A stretch of DNA of 64,000 nucleotides. Source: Oikopleura dioica. Taxonomy: Eukaryota > Animalia > Chordata. Shown piece by piece: positions 24,043-38,125 of the stretch (position 1 is the first letter of the stretch; every line of letters starts with the position of its first letter). The position numbers and the translations under genes were made by a program. A model generated the notes under the pieces. The model did not search any database. It saw nothing but the letters and a program-made list of their open reading frames with translations, and had not been told where the DNA came from. The stretch spans positions 9,734,001 through 9,798,000 of the forward strand of contig OU015569.1 of the NCBI GenBank assembly GCA_907165135.1. Reading direction: 5' to 3'.

Positions 24043-27000
24043 CTAGGATTCCATCTTTTCATCTTCATCAGATGAAGATTCAGACTCGGAATCTGAATCT
24101 TCGGCTTCGGCAACATTCAACTTGATCTCGTATTCTTGATCACATCCGGCGTACGCATCACACATAAGGTAGAGGAGGTAAGTCTGCTCGCCAGCCTAAA
24201 TTGATAACATGCTCAGTAATGGATCGTAGAGAATGAGCTAACCTTTTGGGGAACAACCTCCAGCGTCACTTTCTTTTTCTGTTGGAGGGTAATGTGCTTG
24301 ATCGCGAGCAAGTGATTGCTCTTCGGATCCCCGACGACACACCACCATCCTTCATCACGTTTTCCAGGGTAAAATGGCGCTACATTATATCTTTAAAACT
24401 TGCTTATTAACCAAATGAATTACCAATAACATCTCCCGCGAGATCGGCTTCTCGCTCAAGAGTTATATGAACATTCGTCGGCCTGTTAGTAGCAGCATCT
24501 TCTGGGTCTTCCACAGTATGGTTCATCTCGATATTCGGATATCTGAACCAATCATAAAGATGCTGCGAACAACTTGAAACGTACCTGTTGCAAAATCGTG
24601 CAACATTCGCCATCTCTGCGTCTCCAAGCTTGAGAAGGTTGTCTCTTTCATCATTTTCCATCTCGATGATATCGAAAACAGAGTCGATATCTTTTCCACG
24701 ACATTTGGTGACCATTTCAACGCTGAAGTGAGGAATCTGTCGAAGGTAAGAGTCCTTGTTCCACACGGCCTGGAAAAATAACAATAAAAGGGGATTGAAT
24801 GTGTTTTAGTACCTGGGTAAGATTTTGTGCGAGCTCCATCGCAGCGAGTGCTGGATTCAGCCAGCCGTTGGAAGCAAGAACATCCACACACGCCGAAATC
24901 AATCGAATCGCAATTGGCAGGATCTCTTGAACGTCAAGGGCAATCTCTGGGGGAAGCTCGAGACGGGACATATGAGCCTAATATATTATTACCAAACAAA
25001 ACATTGCATAATTTATACTTGAAGCAGAAGATTAGCCTTGATATGAGGATCAGACAGCTTTGGCTGAATCGGTTTGTAAGGGACCTTCTGGACCAGTTGT
25101 CGGAGGATATCATCTTCGTGATGACGCATCGGCAGGTTTTGGAACTCTGCAGCGTTCGAGATGATCTCGATCAAACCTAAATGCTCGATAGAAAATCATC
25201 TAAAATTCAAGCATTTTACCTTTGGTCTTTGTCTTCTCGGTCAGAGACATCGAAAACAACTCGATGGTAGTATGTTGTACATAATAATAGGCACCGATCA
25301 TTCCCATATTCAGTGGCGAAACATCCACTTCATTTTCAATTGCGATGCACTTGATCTGCTTCAGGTCATCTAGGGTTGTCTCGACGAGCTCTGACAAGTT
25401 GTCGGACAGATGTCGATGAGTCGTTCCCTAATACGACTTTGAAAATAGCTATTTCATAAAAATTTTTACCTGTAGGTTGTAGTAGTTGGGGTTCTGCGTC
25501 ATTCGGCGATAAAGGAAGGTCCACGTCAGGTAGTCAACTGCATCCTTAAAAACTGGTAGATAAAAATCAACAATTAACATATACCTGTTTGTTTTCGATC
25601 GTCTTGGTAACAACTTCAGCGTTGAAGTGATCGTGGAGCGCCCACTCGAGATGGCTTTCGACGGGAAGAGGTTCGAAAAGGAATTTTTAAAGAATTCCTT
25701 TTTCGAAGATTGACACAGGACTATGCACTAAAACAAGTTGAATAAATTTTTTCATAACGGTGTGTTACCTTTCCTTCTTCGTCCTCGCCTATTCGACCTG
25801 CTCGTCCAAGCATTCGAAGAACATCGGTAACGGCGTAGTCAGAGTATGAGTGAGTTCGACCGTTGTACCATTGGGTATCTTGGATGATCACAGTGTGCGC
25901 TGGAAGATTTAGCTTCCACGTCATGCTGTGAGGCAAAACGAGGACCTGAACGGCATTCTTCGAAAACAGCTGAGAAACTACATCAATTTCTTTTGAGCTG
26001 CTTCCTTCGTGGAGATAACCAACACCATTTCGCAAGGTTTCGACGAGCGTTTCGTCTTCAATGTTGCCTTCTAGGAGACCAGTTAGATCATTCTCATCGC
26101 AGTGAAGGAATCGTGTTGCTTTGTTATCGGAGGCTGCATACGCCAAAAGATCAATCGCGGTAAGTTTCGTTTGCTTTCGCGAAGGAACGTAGATAATAAC
26201 TGGGCGAGTCTGAAAAATATGATAAATATGTCAACTAGATAAGTGAGCTAAACCTTCGCATGTCTTGAGATGGCGACGTATGCAGGCTTCACCATTGATT
26301 GAAGGCGAGAAGGCGCGTGAGAAATCATGAATCCTTGGATGTGCAACTCAAGTTTCACAGATCGAGCTGATGGAGGGAAATTGAAGACGTTGCTTGACTG
26401 GACACCAAGCCATTTTGACAGCTCTTTCGCATTGGCAAGAGACGAGCCAAGAGCGAGGATTCGCAATGGACGTTCTTTTTCAATCTGGGTGGAGAGGAAG
26501 CGCATTCTGGAACAGACGATTTCAACAGCAGGGCCTTTGTCTCCGCCTATGAGGTGAATGTCGTCGACAATGAAGACTTTTACAGCCTGGACATCCTTTC
26601 GCTGCTTCCATCGTCGAGAAAGCACATCCCATCGCTCAACAGTCGAAATAACAATGCCTCGTTTCGCGAGAGCCTTGAGGTCAGGATTTGTTTCTCCGCA
26701 CAAAAGGGAGACATTAACACCGAGCTTGGAGAACCGTTTGGACCAGTCCTTGTAAAGGTGTTCGCACTGACTCTCATTTGGATGAACGTAAACGATGCTC
26801 GGGTTGTCATCATTCGCAAGGTGTCGCAAAATGGCTAGCTCAGCGATAACAGTCTTTCCACTTGTAGGAGCAGTTACTAGAGTATTCGCATCGGCGCCGT
26901 AGATGGCGTTGAAGACCTGAGTTTGGACCGAGTTGAAATGCGAGAAGTTCTGAGCAAAGAATTCTTCAAAATGCTCATTTCGTACGGCCGAGATAGGGAG

Positions 27001-30000
27001 CGGCTGCAGATCGAGAAGTTCGCTAGGTGGGGCATGTTTCTCTGGTAGGATTAAATGCCGGAAAGAGACGGGCAACTGCGTTTCAGCTTGGAGCCATTTG
27101 TCAGAGATGACTCGGATAAAGTATTGAGGTGGCAGAGGTTCGTAAATGGGGACGAAGAAGTTGAGGACATGAGCGTCGTCTTTGTATCGCTTCTTGAGCA
27201 AAAAGAATTCGTTGTGTAGAATGACCTCGGAGTCAACATCTTCCACAAGAATCCAGAATCCCTGGGAGTGCTCGTGGATTTTTTCGTCCCATTGGAAGTC
27301 GGGAGTGATGGTGAGTTCTACGCGGAGAGAAGATCGAGTGATTGGCTGGATGTGGACAGTGAGTTCCAGCTTGGGGAATTGATGGACCATTTTGTAGATA
27401 GTCTTACCCATCTTTGGAACGGAAACAAGCTCACCGATCTCAGCAGCACTCAGATCATACATTGACTCCCAAGGAAAGGATTTCTTCTCGAGCTTTGTGA
27501 TGATCTGAAGAGGACACTTCTTAAATTGTCGCAGCGGGCACATCGACTGCCACATTCGCTTAGTAACCATTTTTGACATGGATAGACATTTTTCTGCGAG
27601 TTGAGCCCAGCCTCGAGAGAGCACGATCTCGTAAATTGCTCGCATGAGACGACCGGCTGACTGGTTCACATGTGTCATGTCGCACATGAGAGCAAACCCA
27701 TCAAGTTTTAGCTGTGAGATGTAGGCTTGCAGAAGAACATTAACTTTTGCTGAGGGCTCATCGATTGATTCTTTGACAGGAATCGGAACCCGCTCCATTA
27801 ATTTCTGGAGTTCAAGCTTTTCTTCGTCGCGGACGGTCAAGAACTGGAACTCTGACGACAGAGAGAACACTCGGAAGAGCTCAATTTCAGAAATCGTTGG
27901 CTTCAAGAGCTGATTGTAAGTTGACATCGATTGATGAGAAATGTAGTAGTGAGAGGCAATTCTACCGAGCTCGGTCGACTGGAAAATTCCAGAGCGACGA
28001 TCGTATCGGATCAGGTGGTGTTTGTCGAGAGTGACAGCAGCCGCATGAACGAGGTCAGTTCTTCGTTGCCTCAGATCAGGATCAGTATCTTCCCAGTTGT
28101 CCTGGAGTCCATATAGCTCTGGATTTTTCTGCATACGCACAAAAAGATATGTGTAAGCCATCCATTCCACTGCATCGTTGATATTCTGAACATTGCCGAG
28201 AACAATCTCGCCGTTTAAGATATCGGGAAGCTTTGCAATCATCTGAGACTCAATCGGGAGCTGCTCGTTCATAAGCGAGAGGTAGTATCGGAGTTCAGAG
28301 TGATTTGTTATAAGAATACCTTCACCAGTTGTATCATACTGAGGTCGACCAGCACGACCCAACATTTGCAAAACATCCAAGGCTGACAACTCAATCCATT
28401 TTCCTTTTTCAGGAGAGTACACCTGTGTTCCTTTGATGATGACACAATAAGCTGGAAGGTTGACACCCCAAGCGAGAGTCGAAGTGGAGACCAAAACCTG
28501 GATATGCTTATCAGCATACAAATCCTCAACAAGACTTCGGTCAACTCTGTTCAAACCAGCGTGATGAATCGCGAAGCCAAATGGCAAAAGATCTTTGAGA
28601 TTAGCGTCTTTCACTTGCTCAGCTTCTGATTTGAGGATCTCAGAAGAGGCAGAGCCTTCTTTGATGAATCCTCCGATAGTTTCTCGCTCCATACAAAGAT
28701 CTCGAATTGCTTTTGCAGTTTTCGCGGTTTCTTTTCGCGAGTGAACGAAAATAAGGACCTGTTTCTGTCCCGCGTGGCCAACAGCTTTTTCATAGCAGAG
28801 CTCGTTCATGAGTTGGTATCTGCGGAGTGCTTTCTTTTCCGTAACGCCAATAAATCGCTGAGAAAGAGGAACAGGACGGTAAGAGTTATCGAAGAAATAG
28901 AGACCATCATCGGGATCGACCCGCAAGAAAGCGGCTACATCCATGTAGTTGGGGAGAGTGGCAGAGAGACCAACGATTCGCACATCGTCGTTAAGACTTT
29001 CAACAGAGCGCATAATTCGACCAGCGAGGGCCTCGAGAACGGGACCACGATCGTCGTGCAACAAGTGGATCTCGTCAATGATGACAAGTCGCACAAGTTG
29101 AGTGTATGATCGCTCACCACCTTTACGGCATATAATATCCCATTTTTCTGGCGTACACACAATCAACTGAGTGCGCATGATTTGCTCCTTAGTCAGCTGA
29201 TGATCACCAGTAAGTTCGTTGACTTCGATTCCATACTTCTGCAGGCGCTTCTTGAAGGAACCAGTCATCTCTGTTACTAAGGAACGCATTGGCGCGACGT
29301 AGATCATTTTGAAATCATCAACATTGATGGTTCCATCCGAATTGATATGCTTTCCGATTTCTCTCATCATTGTAAGGAGAGCGACGTTCGTCTTACCGGC
29401 ACCAGTTGGCGCGCAGACGAGAAGGTTCTGATCTGACTCAAGAGCAGGCTCTTTCAGCTTTGATTGGATTCGATTGAGACTTTGGAAATTTTCGAAAGCT
29501 GGGTGAGTATATTTAGGTAGGTCTGCAATCTTTACCAGCGTTTCAGAAGATGCATCTGGTTTCGGTGGAGGAGGAACAACTACCTCTTCGTATCCCTTCT
29601 TTGTCTGTCTTGTGGATCCTGAAGGGAGGTTACACTTCTTGTTTGTCATGAAGTGGCTGCTTCCTTCGAAGATCAATTCATCCAAATCAAGTGCTTCTTT
29701 CGGTTTCAAGTCTGACTCAACAAGACTTTCTGGATCCGGAGCTTCGGCGAAAGCAGCTTGCTGCTCACGCTTTCGCTTTTTTCGTGGTGCTGAGCCGTCG
29801 TCAGTGTCATTCAACTGCTTGAGGATCTTATTGAGCTGAGCGTCGGCTTTCATTTGAGCTTCAATCTCTTTTTTGTCGGCCTTGTTCGCTCTAGATAGCT
29901 TGGTGCACCAAAGGATCATTTTTGAATGCTCGCAAAGCAGTCGGATAAGGCTAAAGTTCGCCATCGATAGCAACAGTACAAACTGGTTTTCTGCTTGTCG

Positions 30001-31029
30001 TCTGTCTGGCGAGGCTTCCAAAATAGCCAGAACCTCCTCGCATTTCTTCTGCGACTCGTGCGAGTCGTTGTAAACGTCGTTGAGTTTACGCTGAAGCCAG
30101 TACGCATCGATCTCCCGTGGATTCAAATATAGATCGCTCTCTCCGTCGTCTTCGCCTTCTTTGCCACCATCTGCAGCTGACAAAAAGTGCGACGTCGATG
30201 TTTCCACACCTTCAGCTTCTGAGTCGGATTCAGAGTCCCTAATAAAGTTTCGCTCTTGTTCTTCATCTGATCCAGAATCGTCGAACTCGACATTGACTCC
30301 GTATTCGTCAATGTCGCCGACATCTTCACCGGCAGTTTGATTAGTTTGCTGAGTGTAATCAGAGATTTTCTTGCTCAAATTACACAAGAAATGATATGTC
30401 GTGTCTGGCAGTTTTCCCAACATAGCTTCGATTTCACTTCGCTTTTCTAGTAAAGATAATAAAATTGAGTTGATGCTTTCGGATGATTTACCTCTGTCTT
30501 TTGTTTTCTCGTTTTTGAGCTCCATGAGCACCTCGTCGGTGGCCCCGATGAGAACATCTCTAGGTTGGTCACCTAGCTGATTTTGAATGGCAGTGAGGAG
30601 AGCTTCATATGTCTCTCGGGTTTCACGAGTAGTTGGCTTGTAATTAACTCCAACGAGATCGTACATAGAAAATCCACTCTTGAAATAAAAGTTAGCGACG
30701 ATTCGGTAATAAATTTGCGCTACCTTTTGACTTTCCTTCTTCTTTTTCTGCTTATCATCCTCCCTGTACTTTTTCTTCTTGCGCTCTTCTAATTCTTCCT
30801 TCTCTTTGTTTCCCGTCCGGATGGCTCGATCTCCCATTTTTGTCCCGCCGAGTCTCCCGGTAAGGGATTTGACTTCTCCGGTCGCTTCATTTCGCCCTCG
30901 TTTGTCCACCAGTTGTCGGTCAACCTGCAAAATATTTGAAACCGTGGCGAGTTAAATAATTACCTGTAGGACAAGATTACTGTTCGCTTGATAATTGTAC
31001 TGATTACTACGTGCTTGATGGTCAGCCAT
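24043..31029 (-). CDS. SNRNP200: U5 snRNP 200-kDa helicase Brr2
   Basis: [22 protein letters not shown] start, 1560-aa core ORF with [12 protein letters not shown] and tandem helicase/Sec63 cassettes, acidic C-terminus ending at 24043. Confidence 0.98.
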
Positions 31030-31361
31030 GACCAATCAGCAGTATAATCTTAAAAATTCTGATAAGTGAAAGAAATAAGGTACGAATAGTGCTCATTGAA
31101 GGAGCTCGCAGTGATAGGATGTGGCAATCCGAGCGTATACTCAGAACAGGTCGATAAAGGTTCGTTAGTTAAGTGATTTATCCGTAATCGTATGCGACAG
31201 ATCGTGAGTGAACAATAGGGAACCTTGTGGCGGCATAAATAAGTGCGGAAATCAGTGGAGCCATTTTGAGCTAACTAGAAGTATTTTCGCTCAAAATCGC
31301 ACTGCAGTTTTCTCACACCCAAATAATATGCTTTTTTATGTACAGATCAAAATTGATGAGT

Positions 31362-34300
31362 TCAGTCGTCGTCGCTAAATTTTCCAGCTTTTTGATCTTC
31401 TTCTAACTTCTTGAACATTAGTTCCAGCGCTGCTTTTGCGTCTTCCTAAGTTTTGAATAGAGTAAGAACAAAGAAACTTTTTTACCGATGAGTCATGACC
31501 GAACGCCCCATCTTCTGTTTCTTGCTGAATCACCTTTCCACACTCTTCGCGCATCAGTGTTTTCAGACCACGTTTGTAGGGAAGGCCACGTTTATGGGGA
31601 TACACAGCAGCCGTATCAACGCACTTTTTGTGATGCAACTATTGATTAAAAGTTAGCATAAACTCAATGAGAAGCTTTCTTACTTTCAAGGCTTTTAGGT
31701 CGGAATCAAGACTGTGCCCAACTAATATGTCGTCCTCCGAGAGATGATAACGGACCTTTTTCTGTACTTCTTTCAGATCAGCAGTACATGATCTAAGGTC
31801 TGCTTCTGAGATGCCGGAATACTTTTGATTATAATCAATGATCGCGCCCTCAGGTTTACAGAACTGATTCAGTATTATATCCATCTTTTCATCTAAAATT
31901 CACATATGAACATTTATATGGTTGATATGATGCTTTTACTTACCGATAATCGTTACTCTGGCTAACTCGAAGCCGACTACTGTGTAGACCATCTCACAGT
32001 CGAGTGCGAACACGGCAGGATTTCTATCAGGACTATCTGTATGGGCAGCATTGACTTTCTTTAGAGAGGCGAGCCTGTCGTATCCAGTTAAGTCGAGTCG
32101 ATTTTCCTCATGCACATGATTGTCCGAAAACTTACAGGGATCAGAATTTGTGCCGCCGCCGCAACAACTATACTCATGACTCGTTCTTGTCGGATAAAGT
32201 TTCCCTGAGTGGTAGTAGCAATCTCCTTCAGAAACACTTCCGTCAGCCACATCTACTTCAAACTAATTTTTTATATGATTTCGGATTGGGTTGCTGTTCA
32301 TTACCTCAGCTTGACAACGGCAGCATCTTCTCTTTTGTGGGTGACCAGTTGTCATTTTTTTGATTTTGTCCATGTAGGATTGCTTTACCACCACGACTTT
32401 TTTACTTGTTTCCGTTGCTCGGGGATAGCCATAATCCCACTGATCGTCCCTACTGAGTATGTACGTTGACATCGCCTTATAAAGCCTATCACCAGATAAC
32501 TTCGTGAGCTCATGTTTCGGTTTGATTTTGATTTTCTTGGATAGTTTAGGACAAGCTAAACAGATGATGATTTTATGTTTAGAAATAAACAGTACCTAAA
32601 GCCTGATTCATCGAAACTGCTTGAACCTTCGTCAGATCATGTTTTGGCTGAAATCTGGGATCCCCAAAATTAGCCTTCCTGACTTGGGAAATCTTTACAT
32701 TCATAGCGTTGCTGAAGCCACCTCTCGATTGAGCCTTCGTAGCGAGCTCCCTTTCGATCTCAAGAGCAACCTGCTTCGAGAGAATGTCTCCGTGTGGAGG
32801 TCTATCCGGTTGAACCTTCTCAACCAATGCCTTTTGCAAACGTTCTAGATTGGTTTGTCGTTGAGCCATAGGAACTTTGCAATTTTTTATGGGTACGCAT
32901 CTGAAAGCAACATTCGAAACAGCGTGAGCGATTCGAGGATTCTTTTCAGCAGGGTTGTACTCTGTTCCCATTTTTGTTGTAGGTGTTTTTCGAATAGGTT
33001 CAGCTTCGGTTAGTCGTTTGTAGAGATCCTGATTGATGTCTCTAGGCTTCGGCTTTGGAATTGATGGACGCAACGCCTTCGCGGATTCATCGGATGCAGC
33101 AGAGGCAATTTTTTTCTTAGAAAAATCAGCGTCTGGCTTGAGCTGTTTCTTTTTCTTCTCGAGATATGACTCAGTAGCAGACGAGACCTTGTGCAGTCGT
33201 TCTTTATCTGAGCTCTTTTTTAATATGCTTTTTATAGGAGTTGTCGCAGTAACTGGTGCACCACTACAATGTGGTACATATCCCGTATCAAGAACAAGCT
33301 CTTTTGAGACAGGCTCGGGAACGTACTCCTCAATCGTCGATGATCTCTTTCGTCTTTTTGGAGTGTCTGTAGACGTGGATGGCGTCTCGTCTCGTGATCG
33401 TTTTTTCTTATTTTTTCCTTCCTCTTTCTCTTTGTGCGTTTTTTTCGAGCTTTTTTCTTTCGCATGTTTCTTTTCCTTCTCGGTTTTCTTCGATTTTTCC
33501 CTCTCGAGATGTTTTGCTTTTTCTCTCTCCTCTTTTGGCTTCGACTTTTCTGGTTTGTCCGGTTTTTTCTGTTTTTCTGCCTTTAGCTTTTCCGTTTCTT
33601 CAGCTTCTGCTTTTTGGCGTCTCATTTCCTGCACTTTCGATTTGTAAGCTGCGAATTCGAATTGACATTTCGTATTGATGGTTATATCAGCATTTTGCTG
33701 AGGTCCGGTGTCAGATTCCTCATAACCTCCTACCTGAGGCTCGTTTTTTATAGAGATAGGAGCTGGAGCACGTGGTGGCGAGTCTAAGACAATAATCGGA
33801 AGTTCTCGACTAGCTCGCCGCGAAAAAGTATGTGTCGTCACTTCTTGCTTCACGTGAACTTCTTGCTTCACCTGTTGCACCTGAGTTTTGCGTATTTCTG
33901 CAGCTTTTTTCTGGAGATCAGGAAGATACGGTTTGAGGTCACCTTCTGGATTGCAAAGATTCTCGAAGGGGACATATGTTGGTCCAGGTTTGGGCGGAGC
34001 TGGATGAGAAAACCACTGTACGAGCCTTGATGATCTTCCAGTCCTTCTAGCTTGACGGCGCCAATTTGATTAAGATCTTTTTGGTTCGGTCTATCTTCTA
34101 TTTCGTCAGGGATATTTTCAGAGTACTGTGCCATCCGCTACTAGTTGCCGCCTAAATGCGACCCTCGCGACAACTAGTAGCAGTGAAAATGGGCGCTTTC
34201 TCTTCAGCGCTCAAGCGAAAGTTGCCCTTTCTCGGCGGGTCATGCGCCCTAGATTCCCCTTGGCGGGGGCCTAAGCGGCAACTTTTAGCGGTGAGCGCGA

Positions 34301-34542
34301 AGGATAAAAATGCGACCCACGCGACAACTAGTAGCAGTGAAACGGAGCGGCAACTAGTAGCGGATGCCACAGTAATTTAGGCCAAACGCAGCAGCTGATG
34401 TCTTTATGTCCAACTCAAAAAGTCTCTCCTGAGTGTCAATGGTATTGGGATCGACCAAGTGGTTGAACGGACAGAATGAGCTTGTGCAAATCGGACTGCT
34501 CGGACATGGCAAGGAGGATAACTTCGAATTTACTCGGAACAT
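31362..34542 (-). CDS. REXO1: RNA exonuclease 1 (DEDDh), interrupted by a MITE
   Basis: N-terminal CP-x4-C-x4-CPFNH motif, ALDCEMVYT, VGHSLDSDLKAL and GHDSSEDAKAALEL exonuclease motifs. Confidence 0.88.
34126..34372. mobile_element. 247-bp MITE with TA target duplication (Tc1/mariner-like)
   Basis: 26-bp TIRs with 1 mismatch (34126-34151 and 34347-34372), flanked by TA at 34124-25 and 34373-74. Internal 35-bp direct repeats at 34154-34188 and 34308-34342. Confidence 0.9.
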
Positions 34543-35110
34543 GAGGCATCTGAATTGAGAGAAAAGAATTCATTTATTTTCTCGGTTTATGGCACAGGAT
34601 TATTTATGAACGAGTGAATAATAAGAGCGGACAAGACAGAAAATGGGTAAGTACGCTTGAAATTAATAATTTTGTGACCATAATTACTTCAAGTCTATTT
34701 AGTGCTGAAAGTGTAAATCAAAGAGAGACGTCAGAACGAAGTTGAGCAGATTACAGCTCACAAGGCTCTCGGAAATGTAATAACCATCTTACTCAATTAA
34801 ATAGTTACAAGAAGTAATATATAATTACAGAGACAGTGTTATTCATTACAATAGTAACTTTTATTTGGACTTTTTGTTTCATAGGTAGCTTGGAAAGGTT
34901 TTTGAACGAGTTTTATAAGAATAAAAGAACATTGCACAAGATTTATTATAGAACGAGAGTTTTTTTCTTGAATGTGGACTAGTGAAGGATTTTTGGATAT
35001 TGGCGCCTTCGAATAGGAAACTTCTGAAGAAAATAGCCAAGGTCATGTCGTGTTCAGAAATTTGGGCGTGAAGGAATAGACTAAATTTGTAATTAGAACA
35101 TGAAAGGGAA

Positions 35111-38100
35111 TTAACTTTGTACGGGTGGTTTGTTGCCTGCTGGACGCTTTGGAACGACTGGAGGAGGTCTATTTCCGCCGGGTCGCGATGGAATCATTGG
35201 CGCAGCGTGAGAAGGCTTGATGCCAAGCTGGTTCATTCCAGAATTTATCTGATTCATGGCGTTGAGAGTATTCTGAGCACGGCCCAACATTGAGGATGCG
35301 GCACCCGCTGGGCTTGGACGAGGTGGAGGGTTCGTTTTTGATGATGGGGGTATTGGGTTAGACTTAGACATTGGTTTTATTGGAGCGGAAGACGACTTGG
35401 GTGCGGAGGACTCGGAGATCCACGAATTGTCAACCGGCGGGGGCGCTGAGGTAGATACTGTCGATACGTTAATATCTCCGATGACCTTGAGTCCCTCTTT
35501 CAGTGAGTTATACATCCGGATCATATCATCCCGTCTCTGCACCTCCGAATCGGACTCTTCCATGATCATGTTTATGTCACATTGCGCATAAATCCTAAAA
35601 AGAGTTTTCTCGCCGTATATGTTCGAGTTAGTTACATTGCAAGGAGCTCTTCCGCAATAAATGTTTTCGTGTGGTTAATCATCACACCCATAATCATCTT
35701 CGGGGTCATATCTTTGAGCGTTTTCGTCACAATAAGCATATAGCTCTCGACTAAGTTCCTGATCGTTTCGACTTGTCGCTCGAGCTGTGGATCCGCTGAG
35801 ACTCTCTGCTCTTGTTGTTCCTCTGCGCCATCTTCCTTTTCAGCTTGATACTGAACAATTCACGTGAGCTTGCTACTTTCAAAGCGCAACTACCTCTGGA
35901 TAGACCCCAGCTCGTAAGAATGACGCCTTCCAAGATTCTAAGTCTTCTGCGTTATGTACGCTCAAATCAAGTGTTCTGTGGTCTTTGTAGACGTTTCGAT
36001 TTTCAGTGTTGAACAAGGAGAAAGTGAACTTAGCACCGAACATATTGTGGCTTTCCTGACTTCTGAGCTTGAGATTATCTTGAAAGTAAAGTTAGCCCGG
36101 TGGAAATAAGCCATAGTCACCTGCTAACTGGACCATGTACTTCTTGTCCTTTTCTTCGTCGTCCTTGTACCACGAAAGAGTTTCCGCAGTAAGGACGAAC
36201 CAGAACTCTTTACTTCCGCCACGCATTACACCAGTATTCTGCAAGCCAAGCCAGCCACGACGAATAACGTTATTTCCAGCAGTGTTCTGTTTCTTGGAAG
36301 GAACAGAGGACGCTGCTGCTTGCGTGAAGCCAATGAAATCCTAAACGCAAGGAGCTAGCACTTGTGTATTAAAGATAAACAAACCTCGTGGTTGGTATTG
36401 ACATATGCCAGTTCAAAGTCGATGAGGTTTCGAACATGATCTTTGCATTGATTTTCGCGCTCTCTAATATGCTCGCAAACAATTCGATCAACCTCTTCTC
36501 TCAACATTGGAAAAGTGTTCATCGGCTAAATCATGAGAGTCAGTTGAGAGCAATTTACAATTATTTGTACCTCTGAGCAATTTCTCACTGCATTTATAAT
36601 TTCGGTGCAGCATTGCTCGACAAGATTTGCCGGAGCCCTAAAGAGCTGCTCGATTTGCTCTTTGACGATTCTTTCGAAGGCCAAATCAGGAGTGAAGAGA
36701 CCTGATCGAACACCGCGAATATTTTGAATGACAATCTTGATCTCCTTTCGGAGATGCTTCTCATCGATTTTGCGCTCGGCTAAAATGAAAATTGCCTAAT
36801 TAGTACTCATTAACACGTTACCAATGTGAAGTGGAAGTCGCTCGTGAAAGAGGCGATTTATTTTCGCTCCCACGGTGAGCTGGTCTGTTGAAACTGAGCT
36901 TCCCGAACTGCCTGAACCCTCAATGACTTCCTGGAACGAATTGCAGAATTGATTAATGAGCTGTAGCATCGATTTCGTCTTTCTACTGGGATCATTTGGT
37001 GTGTAATGCTGAAACATTCATTATTCCCAATTATTCTTGCTATTCATCGAAGAAGCGCTATGTTCGATTGGGATCTGCCTACCTTGAATTTAGCCACTTC
37101 TTTTTCCATACTAGCAAGTTGCTTCGCTAACGAGTTGCGCAAGGTAGGCAACGTCTCGCGAATGTGATTTGTGAGTTGCTGGTTCAGCACTTGCTGTAGG
37201 TAAGGCGTACCCATTTTGTCTGCCATGTGACGGTAAGAACTGTGGCTCATAAAGAACCTTCTCTCAGCTGAAAATTTTAATGACAAACTGTTTCTTTGGC
37301 CAATGCATACCTGTCATTGCAGCTTTGATGTCTTTTCGCCCTTCGATGTCCTTCTGACTTCTGTTGACTACACCAATGTAGCCCCGACGAAGAGGCAAAA
37401 GTTTGTTCTCAAGGATGTCGCGGGCATCTGTGCCCTGATCCATCAAGTCGAGCTTTGTGATGACTCCTATGGTTCGCAATCCCTGAGGATCTACTTCTTT
37501 TGCCATCTTCATCGCGTCGGAATTCGCCAAATCAGTATTGGCAGGAGAAACAGCGAGAATGAGGCAAGAGTCGCGCCCAATAAATTGCAGGAGCATATCG
37601 CGGATTTGATTTTCAATGTCAGCCGGTTGATCACCAACAGCGACTCTGGTCATTCCGGGCAAATCAACAAGTGTCAGGTTCAATACGTTCGGCGAAAATA
37701 CGCGAAGGTTAATCGGAACGGGCGAAATTCCCTTATTCGAGCCGGTCATTCTGTCTGTTTCTGCTTCAATTTCGTTTCGCACTTCGCTGAAATCAGTGAA
37801 TCGTTTTCCTTTGGCGTGAAGGAACTCGGCCCATTCGCCATGGGGATTGTTCACCAGTTGAAGGACTAGCGGACGACGAGTGACGATGCCACTTCCTCGC
37901 GGCAAGAAATCTTTGCCGACAAAGTTTTCTAGTACCGAGGATTTTCCAGCTGATTGCGAGCCCACGACGGCAATCTTAAATAAATGTAAACGACATTCCT
38001 TGAAACAGGAAGATTACCTGTGGTAAATCGATATCCAGAGATTGACCTGTCTGCTGGAAGGCATCTTGGAGCTTGTTGATGAGTGGAATCATCTGCTCCA

Positions 38101-38125
38101 TGCCCGAGTTTCCTATGTCGCTCAT
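35111..38125 (-). CDS. DNM: Classical dynamin (GTPase, middle, PH, GED, proline-rich tail)
   Basis: [13 protein letters not shown] and TKLD motifs, PH domain ([13 protein letters not shown]), GED (RRDDMIRMY) and a PRD. Confidence 0.96.

Noticed and set aside
33033-33678. 204-aa and 99-aa plus-strand Phe/Ser-rich ORFs
   Set aside because: Antisense to the Lys/Glu-rich REXO1 linker; a compositional artefact.
34154-34342. 35-bp direct repeats as a possible CRISPR-like array
   Set aside because: Only two units, inside a TIR-bounded MITE in a eukaryotic gene, with no cas genes.
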